Shown here: one piece after another, positions 9,866-20,600 of the stretch
Layout: each line of letters begins with the position of its first letter
How positions within the stretch are numbered: the stretch's first letter is position 1
Origin: an uncultured Muribaculaceae bacterium
Lineage (GTDB): Bacteria; Bacteroidota; Bacteroidia; Bacteroidales; UBA932
Length of the DNA: 64,000 bases
Reading direction: 5' to 3'
Assembly: GCA_964642235.1 (NCBI GenBank)
Contig: CAZXOP010000001.1
Location: forward strand, 17,497 to 81,496
Notes under the pieces: generated by a model
The model's database searches: none
What the model was told of the DNA's origin: nothing
What the model saw: only the letters and a program-made list of their open reading frames with translations
Translations under genes and position numbers: made by a program

Positions 9866-11206
9866 ATGAAAGTATCAGAAGTAATGGCTAGGCTCGAAGC
9901 TAAGTATAGCCAGGAAAAAGAGTACTTGCAAGCAGTACACGAAGTTCTCGAATCTATCGAGGAAGTTTATAACCAGCGTCCTGATTTTCAGAAGGCAAAT
10001 ATCTTAGAGAGGATAGTTGAGCCTGATCGCGTTTTTACATTCCGCGTTACTTGGGTGGATGATAGTGGAAAGATTCAGACCAATATCGGTTACCGTGTTC
10101 AGTTTAACGGAGCAATAGGTCCTTATAAAGGGGGTCTTCGTTTCCACAAAGCTGTTAACCTCTCCATGCTTAAATTCTTAGGTTTCGAGCAGACATTTAA
10201 GAATGCTTTGACTACTCTCCCTATGGGTGGTGGTAAAGGGGGTTCTGACTTTGATCCTATTGGAAAATCTGATGGTGAAATGATGAGATTCTGCCAGGCA
10301 TATATGTGGGAACTTTGGAGATGCATAGGTCCTGATCAGGACGTTCCGGCAGGTGACGTAGGGGTAGGAGCACGTGAAATTGGTTATATGTACGGTATGT
10401 ATCAGAAACTTGCACGTCAGTATAATACAGGAGTTCTTACCGGTAAAGGTGCTACTTGGGGAGGTTCTATCCTTCGCCCTGAAGCTACAGGTTTCGGTGC
10501 CCTCTATTTTACTGAGCACATGCTTCATAAAGTAGGAAAAAATCTTAAAGATAAAACTATAGCTATCTCAGGTTTTGGTAACGTTGCATGGGGTGCAGCT
10601 ATTAAAGCTACCGAATTAGGGGCAAAAGTTGTTGCTGTTTCAGGTCCTGACGGAGTTTGTTATATACCCGGAGGTATTACTAAAGATATGATCGACTATA
10701 TGCTTGTTCTTCGTGCATCTAACAATAACGTTGTGGCACCTATGGCTGAGAAATTCCAGGGAGTTACATTTACAGCAGGTAAGAAGGCTTGGAGCATTAA
10801 GTGCGACATCGCTCTCCCTTGTGCATTCCAAAACGAACTTAACGGTGATGACGCCAATGAACTTCTAAAGAACGGTACTTGGTGTGTATGCGAAGTTTCA
10901 AACATGGGTTGTACTCCTGAAGCTATTAAAGCTTTCCAGGATGCTAAGATCCTCTTCGGTCCCGGAAAAGCTGTTAATGCAGGTGGTGTGGCTACTTCAG
11001 GTCTTGAAATGACTCAGAATGCTGCTCATATTTCTTGGTCAGCAAAAGAAGTTGATGAGAAACTCCACTATATAATGGAGAGCATCCACAGTGCTTGTGT
11101 TAAATATGGTACCCTTGCCGATGGTAGAGTTGACTATGTTAAAGGTGCAAATATTGCAGGCTTTATGAAGGTTGCTCAGGCTATGATGGAACAGGGCGTA
11201 GTATAA
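9866..11206 (+). CDS. gdhA: NAD(P)-dependent glutamate dehydrogenase
   Basis: 446 aa with the LPMGGGKGGSDFDP catalytic-lysine motif and the GFGNVAWG dinucleotide-binding motif of hexameric GDHs. Confidence 0.95.
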   Translation: MKVSEVMARLEAKYSQEKEYLQAVHEVLESIEEVYNQRPDFQKANILERIVEPDRVFTFRVTWVDDSGKIQTNIGYRVQFNGAIGPYKGGLRFHKAVNLSMLKFLGFEQTFKNALTTLPMGGGKGGSDFDPIGKSDGEMMRFCQAYMWELWRCIGPDQDVPAGDVGVGAREIGYMYGMYQKLARQYNTGVLTGKGATWGGSILRPEATGFGALYFTEHMLHKVGKNLKDKTIAISGFGNVAWGAAIKATELGAKVVAVSGPDGVCYIPGGITKDMIDYMLVLRASNNNVVAPMAEKFQGVTFTAGKKAWSIKCDIALPCAFQNELNGDDANELLKNGTWCVCEVSNMGCTPEAIKAFQDAKILFGPGKAVNAGGVATSGLEMTQNAAHISWSAKEVDEKLHYIMESIHSACVKYGTLADGRVDYVKGANIAGFMKVAQAMMEQGVV

Positions 11207-11229
11207 ACGTTAATAATCTTTGAAAAAAA

Positions 11230-11261
11230 GGGGTGTTGTATATACAACGCCTCTTTTTTTT
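11230..11261 (+). terminator. rho-independent terminator after gdhA
   Basis: Stem ggggtgttgta / tacaacgcctc (two G-U pairs) followed by a run of 8 T. Confidence 0.7.
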
Positions 11262-11263
11262 AT

Positions 11264-11271
11264 TATCTTTG
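11264..11271 (+). promoter_or_regulatory. candidate -7 promoter box TATCTTTG
   Basis: TAnnTTTG match 32 nt upstream of the ATG at 11303. Confidence 0.4.
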
Positions 11272-11302
11272 TTGATTGTTTAGCAAATATATCATTGTAC
11301 CT

Positions 11303-11821
11303 ATGGCAATTATCAAAACTCTTAATGGTATTACCCCAAAAATAGGAAATAATTGTTTCCTTGCAGAGACTGCAGTTATTATAGGAGATGTGGTTATAGG
11401 AGACGATTGCTCTATTTGGTATGGAGCAGTTTTAAGAGGTGATGTCAATCCAATAATAATAGGGGATAGGGTAAATATTCAAGACGGAGCAGTTCTCCAT
11501 ACGCTCCATAAAAAATCAGTTGTGGAGATAGGAGACGATGTCTCTGTGGGGCATAATGCTATTATTCATGGTGCTAAAGTTGGGAGTAACGTTCTTGTGG
11601 GAATGGGGGCAATACTGATGGACAATGCTGTCGTTGCTGATAATTCTATTATTGCAGCAGGTGCAATAGTGCTGAGTGATAAGGTTTTAGAACCAGGTGT
11701 ATATGCCGGTATTCCCGCTAAAATGGTAAAAGAGGGGTCTAAGGAGATAGGAGAGGCAGCTAAAAAGAATGCCACCGGGTATATGGAGTACAAAGAGTGG
11801 TTTTTAAGCGAGGATTTTTAA
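11303..11821 (+). CDS. gamma-class carbonic anhydrase-like / hexapeptide-repeat (LbH) protein
   Basis: Left-handed beta-helix hexapeptide repeats (IGDVVIGDDCSIWYGAVLRGDV, IGDRVNIQDGAVLH) typical of the YrdA/PaaY gamma-CA family. The start is moved to the first ATG because the ORF-track start at 11276 overlaps the terminator/promoter region. Confidence 0.8.
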   Translation: MAIIKTLNGITPKIGNNCFLAETAVIIGDVVIGDDCSIWYGAVLRGDVNPIIIGDRVNIQDGAVLHTLHKKSVVEIGDDVSVGHNAIIHGAKVGSNVLVGMGAILMDNAVVADNSIIAAGAIVLSDKVLEPGVYAGIPAKMVKEGSKEIGEAAKKNATGYMEYKEWFLSEDF

Positions 11822-11839
11822 CACATTAATACCATATTT

Positions 11840-12949
11840 ATGAAAAAATTATTTTTATTTGTTGGGCTACTTGCAATAGTAGCTTGTAACGCTCCAAAAG
11901 GTTATGTTATCCAAGGTACTATTTCCGGAGATAGCACAGCTTTCAAAACCGGAAAGGTTTATCTCTCTAATTTTGATAAGGAAAACCCTATCAAAGATAC
12001 TACTGATGCTGTTGATGGAAAATTTACTTTTAAAGGTGAGGTTCTATCTCCTGAACAATATGGGTTAACATTTGAAGGTGTTGATGGTAGAATTGCTCTA
12101 TTTTTGGAAAATGCTAAATATAAAGTGGAGGTTAAAGATGGAGACTTCTCCAAAGCAGTTATTGTAGGTGGGGCTACCCAGACTCTCTATAACCAACAAA
12201 ATACAAAACGAGATGAGCTTTATAAAGTAAGCAATCTTGAGGAGGCTTTAGCTGAATATAGATTACCCGAAACCACAACTGAAAGAAGAGCTGAGATCGT
12301 TAAGCTATACAACGAAATGGATAGTGTAATGACTAAATTCCAAGATTCGCTAATCGCAGCTAATCCTCTTTCACATTATGCTTTACAGAATCTAAAATCA
12401 AAAGTTAATGATTTATCAATAGAAGAGGCTGAAACTATGTTAGCCCCTTTTAAAGCTGATGTTAAGTTTGCAGAGAATAAAGTGATAGCTTCTATTGAGA
12501 AGACCATTAATCTTGAGAAATCTCTTCAAGTTGGGATGCCGGCTATTGATTTCACGATGAAGGATCCTAAAGGAAATGATATTACCCTTTCTGAAATTTA
12601 TAAGAAGAATAAAGTTACCATGATAGATTTCTGGGCAGGATGGTGTGGACCATGCCGCCGCTTTAACCCTACATTGGTTAAAATCTATGCAGCATATCAT
12701 AAGAAAGGGTTTGAAATTCTTGGAGTTTCCCTCGATAAAGAGGCTGATTCATGGCATAATGCCATTAAGACTGATAAACTGACTTGGCCTCAAGTTTCAG
12801 ATCTTAACTATTGGGATACTCAAGTAGCAAAGAGCTATAATGTAAGGTATATACCTCAGAATATATTTGTTGACCAAAGTGGTAATATTATTGCTCGCAA
12901 ACTTGCTGAGGATCAGATCACTTCGTTTTTGGATGAACATTTGAAATAA
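11840..12949 (+). CDS. TlpA-like thiol:disulfide oxidoreductase lipoprotein (thioredoxin fold)
   Basis: 369 aa with a lipoprotein signal (LLAIVAC) and a C-terminal thioredoxin domain carrying the WAGWCGPC CxxC motif. The architecture is common in Bacteroidetes. Confidence 0.85.
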   Translation: MKKLFLFVGLLAIVACNAPKGYVIQGTISGDSTAFKTGKVYLSNFDKENPIKDTTDAVDGKFTFKGEVLSPEQYGLTFEGVDGRIALFLENAKYKVEVKDGDFSKAVIVGGATQTLYNQQNTKRDELYKVSNLEEALAEYRLPETTTERRAEIVKLYNEMDSVMTKFQDSLIAANPLSHYALQNLKSKVNDLSIEEAETMLAPFKADVKFAENKVIASIEKTINLEKSLQVGMPAIDFTMKDPKGNDITLSEIYKKNKVTMIDFWAGWCGPCRRFNPTLVKIYAAYHKKGFEILGVSLDKEADSWHNAIKTDKLTWPQVSDLNYWDTQVAKSYNVRYIPQNIFVDQSGNIIARKLAEDQITSFLDEHLK

Positions 12950-12952
12950 TAA

Positions 12953-13732
12953 ATGATTGGGATACTCGATTCCGGAGTTGGAGGGTTATCGGTATGGCGC
13001 GAATTATATCGTATTATGCCGAAACAGGAGTATATCTATGTCTCAGATGCAGCACATTGCCCATACGGAACCAAGCCTGTCGAATATATAGTTGATAGGG
13101 CAGAAAAGATAACCGAGTTTCTTATTGGTGAGGGGGCAGAGATCGTGGTGGTTGCATGTAATACGGCTACTGCTGCTGCAATAGGAGACCTTCGTTCCAA
13201 ATATCCTATCCCTTTCGTGGGTATCGAACCCGCAATAAAACCTGCCGCCACCACGTCCTCTTCAGGAGTGGTGGGGGTTTTGGCTACTGCCAATACATTA
13301 AAAGGGTCATTATATCATAATACTCTTGAAAAGTTTGCTTCTAATGTAAAAGTTATAGAACGGGTAGGAACCGGTTTGGTTGAACTTATAGAGCAGGGAA
13401 TTACCTCCGGAGAGGAGATTGACTCCCTGCTCTCTCTTTATATAGGCGATATGATTAATGCCCGAGCCGATACTATTGTGCTTGGGTGTACTCACTACCC
13501 TTTCATAGAGGAGTCCATTAGAAAAATTACCGGTCCCTCTGTTCAAATAATCAATCCCGCCCCGGCAGTTGCAGCCCAAACTAAAAGGATAGCAGATTCT
13601 CTACCTGAGAAGCACCTAAGTTCAGAAAAACTCTCTTTTTACTCCACAGGAGAGTTGGAGACTCTTAAATATCTCGCCAAAACCATAGAACCGAAACTAA
13701 CAAACAAAAATTTTTACAACCTATACAAATAA
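12953..13732 (+). CDS. murI: glutamate racemase
   Basis: ILDSGVGGLSV, VVACNTA and GCTHYP motifs, which contain the two catalytic cysteines. Confidence 0.93.
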   Translation: MIGILDSGVGGLSVWRELYRIMPKQEYIYVSDAAHCPYGTKPVEYIVDRAEKITEFLIGEGAEIVVVACNTATAAAIGDLRSKYPIPFVGIEPAIKPAATTSSSGVVGVLATANTLKGSLYHNTLEKFASNVKVIERVGTGLVELIEQGITSGEEIDSLLSLYIGDMINARADTIVLGCTHYPFIEESIRKITGPSVQIINPAPAVAAQTKRIADSLPEKHLSSEKLSFYSTGELETLKYLAKTIEPKLTNKNFYNLYK

Positions 13733-13738
13733 CTAATT

Positions 13739-15946
13739 ATGTCAACCGAACTATTATTCTTTTTTGTGCCGTTTGCCTCTATCATCGCACTAATCTTCGC
13801 CTATATATTTTATAGGCAGATGATGAAGGAGAGTGAAGGGACCCCTACTATGAAAGAGATTGCCTCGCATGTCCGGAAAGGTGCAATGGCATATCTGAAA
13901 CAGCAATACAAAGTAGTGATCATTGTATTCTTAATCCTCTCAGCATTTTTTGCTTTCCTCGCTTATGGTTTACATATCCAAAATCCTTGGGTCCCATTTG
14001 CGTTTTTAACCGGGGGGTTCTTCTCAGGACTTGCCGGTTTTATCGGGATGAAAACTGCTACTTATGCCTCTGCAAGGACTGCAAATGCTGCAAGAAGGTC
14101 ATTAAATGCAGGGCTTAAACTTGCTTTCCGCTCCGGTGCCGTAATGGGATTAGTGGTTGTAGGGCTTGGGCTCCTCGATATCTCTTTATGGTATCTTATT
14201 TTAGATCATTTTATTGATGCTACAGGGCCTCAAAAGCTTGTTGTTATAACTACCACAATGTTAACTTTCGGTATGGGAGCCTCCACACAGGCACTTTTTG
14301 CGAGAGTGGGTGGTGGAATTTACACCAAGGCTGCCGATGTGGGTGCTGACCTTGTTGGAAAGGTGGAGGCAGGTATTCCGGAGGATGACCCTCGAAATCC
14401 TGCTACCATTGCAGATAATGTTGGAGACAATGTTGGGGACGTTGCAGGGATGGGGGCAGACCTTTATGAGTCATACTGCGGTTCAATCCTTGCCACTACT
14501 GCTCTTGGAGCCTCTGCATTTTATTTTAACCCTGAGATTCAGTTGAAAGCTGTCTTTGCCCCGATGCTAATAGCAGCAGTGGGGATTTTATTGTCCATTC
14601 TCGGTATCTACTTGGTTAAGACCAAAGAGGGTGCAGGGATGAAACAATTGCTTCGCTCTTTGGGACTTGGAGTTAATTCGAGTTCCGTACTTATTGCCAT
14701 ATTTACATTTGGGATATTGTATATATTGCAGCTTCCTAACTGGGTGGGTATCTCTTGCTCTGTGATAGTGGGACTTTTTGCAGGGATTATTATAGGGCAA
14801 TCCACTGAGTACTATACCTCACACTCATATAAGCCTACTAAAAGGCTTGCAGAAAGTTCTAATACAGGACCTGCTACCGTAATTATTTCGGGGGTGGGAC
14901 TTGGAATGATTTCTACTGCTATCCCTGTTATAACTATTGCGACAGCAGTAGTTTTAGCCTATTTATGTGCTATTGGTTTTGATATAGAAAATATGCTTCT
15001 AGCACACAATATGGGGATAGGTCTATATGGTATCGGTATTGCTGCTGTAGGGATGCTCTCTACACTCGGTATTACTTTGGCAACTGACTCTTATGGTCCT
15101 ATTGCAGATAATGCAGGGGGAAATGCGGAGATGAGTAAGTTAGAGCCGGAAGTAAGGAAGAGGACTGATATTCTCGATGCTCTTGGAAATACTACTGCTG
15201 CTACGGGTAAAGGGTTTGCAATTGGTTCTGCTGCCCTTACAGCATTGGCACTTATTGCCTCATTTATAGAGGAGATAAAAGTGGGATTACAAAATATCGG
15301 ACAGCATGTTATAGAAGTAGGTGGTAGGTCTGTGGAGGTAGCGACTGCCACTATCCCCGATTTCCTTGAGTATTATCAGCTTAATGCAATGAATCCCAAA
15401 CTTATAGCAGGGGTCTTTATCGGCTCGATGATGTCTTTCCTCTTCTGCGGACTTACTATGAATGCAGTGGGAAGGGCAGCTCAAAAGATGGTTGAAGAGG
15501 TTCGCCGTCAGTTTAGAGAGATTAAAGGAATTTTAACAGGAGAGGCAACTCCTGACTATGCTCGTTGCGTGGCTATCTCCACTAAGGGAGCACAGAGAGA
15601 GATGCTTTTCCCATCATTACTTGCCATTATAGTTCCGATAGTCGTAGGGCTTGTTATCGGAGTACCCGGAACAGTTGGACTTCTCGTAGGTGGTCTCGGT
15701 TCAGGATTCGTCCTTGCTATCTTTATGGCAAACTCAGGTGGAGCTTGGGACAATGCTAAGAAGTATGTTGAGGAGGGGAACCTCGGTGGTAAAGGCTCAG
15801 AGTGTCATAAAGCGACCATAGTAGGCGATACAGTAGGTGATCCTTTTAAAGATACTTCAGGACCATCTCTGAACATCCTTATAAAGCTGATGAGTATGGT
15901 CTCTATAGTAACTGCAGGACTTAATGTGGCATTTACTCTGATATAA
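13739..15946 (+). CDS. hppA: membrane-bound ion-translocating pyrophosphatase (K+-dependent type)
   Basis: 735 aa, polytopic, with [17 protein letters not shown] and DNVGDNVGD motifs. [10 protein letters not shown] has Ala rather than Lys, a position associated with K+-dependent (often Na+-pumping) enzymes. Confidence 0.93.
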   Translation: MSTELLFFFVPFASIIALIFAYIFYRQMMKESEGTPTMKEIASHVRKGAMAYLKQQYKVVIIVFLILSAFFAFLAYGLHIQNPWVPFAFLTGGFFSGLAGFIGMKTATYASARTANAARRSLNAGLKLAFRSGAVMGLVVVGLGLLDISLWYLILDHFIDATGPQKLVVITTTMLTFGMGASTQALFARVGGGIYTKAADVGADLVGKVEAGIPEDDPRNPATIADNVGDNVGDVAGMGADLYESYCGSILATTALGASAFYFNPEIQLKAVFAPMLIAAVGILLSILGIYLVKTKEGAGMKQLLRSLGLGVNSSSVLIAIFTFGILYILQLPNWVGISCSVIVGLFAGIIIGQSTEYYTSHSYKPTKRLAESSNTGPATVIISGVGLGMISTAIPVITIATAVVLAYLCAIGFDIENMLLAHNMGIGLYGIGIAAVGMLSTLGITLATDSYGPIADNAGGNAEMSKLEPEVRKRTDILDALGNTTAATGKGFAIGSAALTALALIASFIEEIKVGLQNIGQHVIEVGGRSVEVATATIPDFLEYYQLNAMNPKLIAGVFIGSMMSFLFCGLTMNAVGRAAQKMVEEVRRQFREIKGILTGEATPDYARCVAISTKGAQREMLFPSLLAIIVPIVVGLVIGVPGTVGLLVGGLGSGFVLAIFMANSGGAWDNAKKYVEEGNLGGKGSECHKATIVGDTVGDPFKDTSGPSLNILIKLMSMVSIVTAGLNVAFTLI

Positions 15947-15953
15947 TAGCACA

Positions 15954-16040
15954 ATGGAGAACACGGAAAAGAGCCACCACCGGCTTTCGCCGGCGGTCCC
16001 CCACGTCCGCGTGGACCGAGACTTTTCCTAAGTTCTCCAT
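15954..16040. other. GC-rich, highly structured 87-nt element (candidate ncRNA or REP/MITE-like repeat)
   Basis: Outer stems ATGGAGAAC/GTTCTCCAT and GGAAAAG/CTTTTCC enclose two GC hairpins, CCGGC-TTTC-GCCGG and GGTCC(CCC)ACG-TCCG-CGTGGACC. It stands out against the AT-rich surroundings. Confidence 0.4.
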
Positions 16041-16081
16041 ATGAGCAAACCTGTTTACTCTCTGCGTATAGTAAATTAAAA

Positions 16082-16108
16082 AGAGGCTGTCTATTTAGGA
16101 CAGCCTCT
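16082..16108. terminator. bidirectional rho-independent terminator between convergent hppA and susD-like genes
   Basis: 10-bp stem agaggctgtc / gacagcctct with a 7-nt loop, flanked by an A-run upstream and T-rich sequence downstream. Confidence 0.7.
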
Positions 16109-16131
16109 CTTTAATTTAGATAGGAGTAAGA

Positions 16132-17592
16132 TTAGTTTACACCGGTACGTTTATCCCACCACATCTGTTTTCCCCAGAAGTCATCTTTAACATCTGCTTT
16201 AAACTTAGCAAGATTAACTCCATTGAGAGCACCTTCGTTTACAGGGTAAGGGTAACGGAAAGGAGGAGTATTATGTGCAGCATATTTTGCAGCACGACCC
16301 GGAGCGATATAATGGGTTGTAGGGATACCTGTCCTTCTGTAAAGAGACCATACCTCCATACCTTGTTTGAATAGTGCTATCCACTCTTGAGTATAGATTT
16401 TGGTTAAGGTATTATCGAAAGCTCCTGCCCCTGCTAAGTAAGCTGTTGCATCTGCTGCCGAAACACCATTCTCTTCAAGAGAGGCCTTTACCCCATTATT
16501 ATAAGCTACCACTGCTGTGGTACCACCTGTGTTATATCCCAATTTGGCTGCTTCTGCTATATGGAACCAAGTCTCAGCAGCTCTGAAATAAGGGGTGAAC
16601 CCTTTAGCATCGTTGCGGAATCTGGTACCAATACGTGAAAGTGTACCAATATCAGATACAAGGGCTTTAGCACCAATAATAAATCCTTGATATACACCTG
16701 CTTTATTAGGACGAGCATATACAGGGAGACGAGGGTCCCCAAGACTTGTAAGTAGATTAACTAATACATCAGAAACTCCATGGTCATCTCTTGTTCTCGA
16801 GTCGTTCATCCAAGGCTCATAATAAGGGTCAGAGCCGGGCCATTTAAAGAAAGCATTATCAGCATTACTGGTTATAATAGGGTACTTTGCAGGGTTTCCA
16901 AGGATCTCTTCCACAGTACTCTTAGCCAAAGCGGGAGATGCAACGGAAATTCTTATAGCCATTCTTAAACGGAGTGAGTTACAGAATTTTTTCCATTTGG
17001 TAATATTGGCATTAAATAGAATATCCCCTGTTCCAATATTATCTCCACCTTCATTAAGATCATCAGCAGCCTGTTTTAATAGAGCTAAAAGGGCAGGATA
17101 GATATCCTCTTGTTTATCATACTGAGGATATAGATAACCCTCTTCGAGTCTTGCAGCTTCAGAGTAAGGGCAGTCTCTCCATGTATCTGTAGCTATTTGC
17201 ATGAGAACAGCTTCCCATATCTTTGCCACGGATACTAAGTTTTTACCACCGCTCTCTTTACCTTGTCTCTGTATCTCTCTACAGTTATTGAGAGTTATAT
17301 AGATGTAATGCCATTTATTCTCCACAACAGTGTTACGGAATTTATATTTAGCCTCATCTATGTATTGAATCTTAGCAATTTGTCCACCATAAGTGCTTGG
17401 TTCGTTAAGGTCATTCCATGCATCGAAAAGGGAACTTGAAGTATAGCAAATAGTGTATGCTAAAATATTGGTCGCCGGACCGGTTTTAGAGCGGTCAGGG
17501 TCAGTGTTAATTTCTTGAAAATTCTTCGTACATCCTACTGTTAGTAATACAAGCAGGGTGAAGAGAGTAATTTTTATATATTTCTTTTTCAT
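16132..17592 (-). CDS. SusD/RagB-family outer-membrane lipoprotein
   Basis: 486 aa with a lipoprotein signal (LLTVGC). It lies immediately downstream of a SusC-like gene on the same strand (18-nt gap), and its length and composition are typical of SusD-like proteins. Confidence 0.8.
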   Translation of the reverse strand: MKKKYIKITLFTLLVLLTVGCTKNFQEINTDPDRSKTGPATNILAYTICYTSSSLFDAWNDLNEPSTYGGQIAKIQYIDEAKYKFRNTVVENKWHYIYITLNNCREIQRQGKESGGKNLVSVAKIWEAVLMQIATDTWRDCPYSEAARLEEGYLYPQYDKQEDIYPALLALLKQAADDLNEGGDNIGTGDILFNANITKWKKFCNSLRLRMAIRISVASPALAKSTVEEILGNPAKYPIITSNADNAFFKWPGSDPYYEPWMNDSRTRDDHGVSDVLVNLLTSLGDPRLPVYARPNKAGVYQGFIIGAKALVSDIGTLSRIGTRFRNDAKGFTPYFRAAETWFHIAEAAKLGYNTGGTTAVVAYNNGVKASLEENGVSAADATAYLAGAGAFDNTLTKIYTQEWIALFKQGMEVWSLYRRTGIPTTHYIAPGRAAKYAAHNTPPFRYPYPVNEGALNGVNLAKFKADVKDDFWGKQMWWDKRTGVN

Positions 17593-17610
17593 TTTAGTAG
17601 TAATTAAAAA

Positions 17611-20600
17611 TTAGAATGTTAATCCCACTTTAAGACCCACACTGCGAGATGGCATATATGAGCCGGACTCCAAGCCTACCCCTGAGTTTCCACTGCTTGT
17701 TCCGGATTCAGGGTCGATCTTAGCATAGTTAGAGGGATGTAGCCATAATATAGCGACATTATTAGCTATTAAGGAGACATTAAATCCTTTAACAAAACCA
17801 TTTTTAGGGAGTTTTGAAGCGGGTAATTGATATGTCAAGTGAAGTTCTCTTAGTTTTAAGAAAGAACCATCTGCTACTGCAAATGACCTATCTGAATAGA
17901 CATAAGGGAATGCATCTCTTGCTGTTACTTTAATGTCATTAGGAGATCCGTCTTCTTTGACGAATTTAAGGTCTTTGAAAATATCAACACCATAAACTAT
18001 CTCTCTTTCACGAATATCCCCCTCAGCAGTCATCTTTAAGATACCTGTATATTGTCCCCACATAGATGTAACAGAGAAGAATTTACCACCATGTCTATAG
18101 TCAAACATAAATCCGAATGAGAAATCTTTATATCTCAATTCAGAGCTTAAACTTGCTAACCAGTTTGGTGTAACCTCTCCTAAATCTTTGGTTTCAGCTT
18201 TTGGAAATCCTGAAGCATCAACGATTATATTTCCTTTATCGTCAGTAGCATGACCATATCCATATAGAGTTCCCCAAGAATACTGTTTGGTTATCTTTCC
18301 ATTCTCATCTTTTATAGGGGCTTTGGCATATAGATAGGTTGACCATTGATTACCTATTTGATAATTGAGTAGTCTCTGTCCTGTCTTAGGGTCAGTATAA
18401 AGTTCATTTACAGTGCTATAGTCTTTTGACCAGTTGACAATTACATCCCATGTTACATCTCTAGTCTGAACTGCGGTACCCCTTAACTGTACTTCTATCC
18501 CTTTATTACTAAATTCACCGGCATTTACCATCATTGTGCTATATCCGGTAGGTCTTGCTACAGCCATAGACAAAATTTGGTCAGAGGTTACTTTTGAATA
18601 GAGAGAGAGGTCGAGTCCTATACGATTCTTTAATAGATGTGCCTCTAATCCTAACTCAGCGGTTACTACAGATTCAGGACGCAAACCTGCCGGAGGGAGT
18701 GTTGTCGGCATATAGAACTGCCCTTGACCAAGTATAGGAGTTGCTACAGCAGAGTAATATTTGTCAGTTTGATAAGCAGAAGTAGCAGAACCGATTTTTG
18801 CCCAACCTCCGCGAATCTTCAAGTACTCTAAAAATTCTCCTTTTAGACCTTCGAATGTAGCTGTAGGAATCCAGCTTAGAGAGACTCCGGGATAGAAGAA
18901 AGGATCTTTAATGGTAGAACTCCAGTCATTACGAACTGAGACATCTAAATAAACCATACTCTTAAATCCTATAGAAGCATTGGCATATAATGAATTAGAT
19001 CTAATATGAGAGTGACCGTAAGCTGTATAAGGGGCACCACTTGCGTTAGATACTGTATAAAGTTCAGGGACTATCAGTGCATTAGCACCCAATCCTAATG
19101 AACTAAACTGTGCATCACGGAAGTTGGCTCCAAGTACTGCCGATACATTAAACATCTCATCAGCGAAGCTCTTATTAATATATGCTATAGCATCGGCATT
19201 CATCTCAATATTCTTCATATTGTAATCATAAAATCCTCCGGAGGGTTGATCTGTGTTATATGCTATTCTTTGCAAGTTCTTTGAACCATAGTAGTCATAT
19301 CCGAGACGTGCTTCAAATTTTAACCAATCTGTAGCATTTAGCCAAAGAGAGGCTTTTCCGAAGAGACGATTCCTATCATAGGTGTTAGTGTTTTTATAGA
19401 CCGTATAATATGGGTTCTGATGATAATCAGGGTTCCAAGAGTAGGGTTTGCCTGTACTTTCATCAATTTTTTCCCAATTAGCTTTCTGGTCTTTCATGTC
19501 CACCTGACGTCCAAACCACTCTAACATAGACTGTAATGGGTTCCCTGCATTATAAGCAGTCATAGGGAGATTGTCACTATGAGTATGTGCATAGTTCATG
19601 GTAAGGTCGAAGGAGATAAGTTTGTTGATATCATAACGAGCGTTAATCTGTGCTGAATAACGTTTTTGATCAGTATTAGGAATAGCCCCTTTCTGATCCC
19701 TTACTCCAAGTGAAGCTCGTACATTAAATTTATCACTTTTCCCTAATACAGAGACATTATGATTCATAGAATAACCTAATTCTAAAAAGTCATTAATGTT
19801 ATTAGGTTGTGAAATCCAAGGGGTTTTCTGTCTGACACCCCCTACTATAGGGCTGTTTATTTGAGGAATTAATAGTCCTACATCCAATCTTGGTCCCCAA
19901 GATTCGTCAGCGTTACTATCTATACCACCCCAAGCATAGCAGTTTGCATCCACATACTGTTGGTATGTTCCTGTAAATCCACCGGCTTTAGCAACATTAT
20001 AGTCATACTCACTTCCTTGGTACCCTTGACCATATTTGTTCTGCATTTCAGGAATGTTAAACATCTGATCGACAGTGAAGCTACCATCATAAGAGATAGA
20101 GACTCCACCTCTGTTGTTTTTTCCTGATTTGGTTGTAATCAAGATAACTCCATTCCCTGCTCTCATACCATATAGAGCACCTGCTCCCCCTTTAAGTACT
20201 GAGATAGACTCAATATCATCAGGGTTTATATCCATAATACCTGAACCGTTATTAACTGATCCGTAAACGGTTTGGTCATTAGTGATAGGAATACCATCGA
20301 CTACGAATAGAGGTTCATTGTTTCCAAGAGAAGAGTTACCGCGGATTACAAAACGGGATCCTGCTCCGACCTGTCCCCCTGCAGCAGATACCTGAAGACC
20401 GGCTACTTTACCTGCGATGGCTCCTGCCATATTAAGGTGTCCTGCTTTTGTAAGCTGATCCCCCTTTACCTCTTGTATGGCATGCCCTAACGATTTTTTA
20501 TCGCGGGTAATACCGAGGGCTGTTACAACCACCTCTTCAAGGATGTTTTGTGAAGCCATAGAGGCGTTGATTATAGATCTGCCGTTTACTGCAACTTCCA

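Noticed and set aside
13036-15753. Antisense and alternative-frame ORFs within murI and hppA (e.g. 13036..13293, 14298..14546, 15091..15351)
   Set aside because: They are embedded in strongly supported CDSs, have biased low-complexity composition, and have no independent start context.
15954-16031. 25-codon small ORF ([25 protein letters not shown]) inside the GC-rich element
   Set aside because: The ATG and stop are themselves part of the outer stem of the palindromic structure. There is no upstream ribosome-binding context or recognisable peptide family, so the symmetry explains the sequence better than coding does.
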